This document shows, one piece after another, positions 63,716-64,000 of a stretch of 64,000 nucleotides of DNA. How positions within the stretch are numbered: position 1 is the stretch's first letter; every line of letters starts with the position of its first letter. The stretch comes from Octopus sinensis (taxonomy: Eukaryota): assembly GCF_006345805.1 (NCBI RefSeq), contig NC_043013.1, positions 51,646,001-51,710,000 on the forward strand. The letters run 5' to 3'. The notes beneath the pieces were generated by a model that was not told the DNA's origin, ran no database searches, and saw nothing but the letters and a program-made list of their open reading frames with translations. The translations under genes were made by a program, and so were the position numbers.

Positions 63716-64000
63716 AGAAGTAAAGCTTCCTTCAAGGCAGGGCTAGAAATGCAATTGTCAAGTAGGTAAAAGGTTTTAAACAGGAGCGATATATTCAAAA
63801 TCAGTAAAATTAAAGATTGTCGAGGATAAGTTAGATTCGTTATTGTTACTGAATATATTAGTGTAATTTAATTTCTGAACGGTTTTGTTGCCATTTGTTT
63901 GTATCATTTGATTTCTTTATCCATCAGTTTCTACTAAGATAGAAACACAAGTAAGATTAATAATAGAGAACCGAAAATAAGACTTTGGAAACAACAATGC

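Overview
This is AT-rich, microsatellite-saturated eukaryotic DNA. The SINE and microsatellite landscape suggests a coleoid cephalopod, probably Octopus, but that is inferred from the repeats and not proven. Almost all ORFs in the supplied track are simple-repeat or SINE artefacts. The only convincing host coding sequence is one exon (14730-14903, +) encoding the N-terminus of a FERM/band-4.1-family protein. No second FERM exon was recognised, so the following ~49 kb is probably intron. The rest is decayed retroelements (L1/Tx1, R4/Dong, RTE, CR1, Gypsy), Tc1/mariner and Tigger derivatives, several modular tRNA-derived SINE families and simple repeats. Four signals stand out. (1) At least a dozen hammerhead-ribozyme-like motifs of Penelope type, including a three-motif cluster at 11.2-11.9 kb. 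One of these has its three strands in non-circular order, making it a candidate pseudoknotted hammerhead. (2) A full-length U6 snRNA fused to a full-length SINE inside a single 12-bp TSD. (3) A SINE family whose 3' tail matches the 3' end of the Tx1/L1 element in this window, with one copy carrying a 15-bp TSD. (4) Many fold-back inverted repeats associated with TA microsatellites. Repeat boundaries were read by eye and are approximate.
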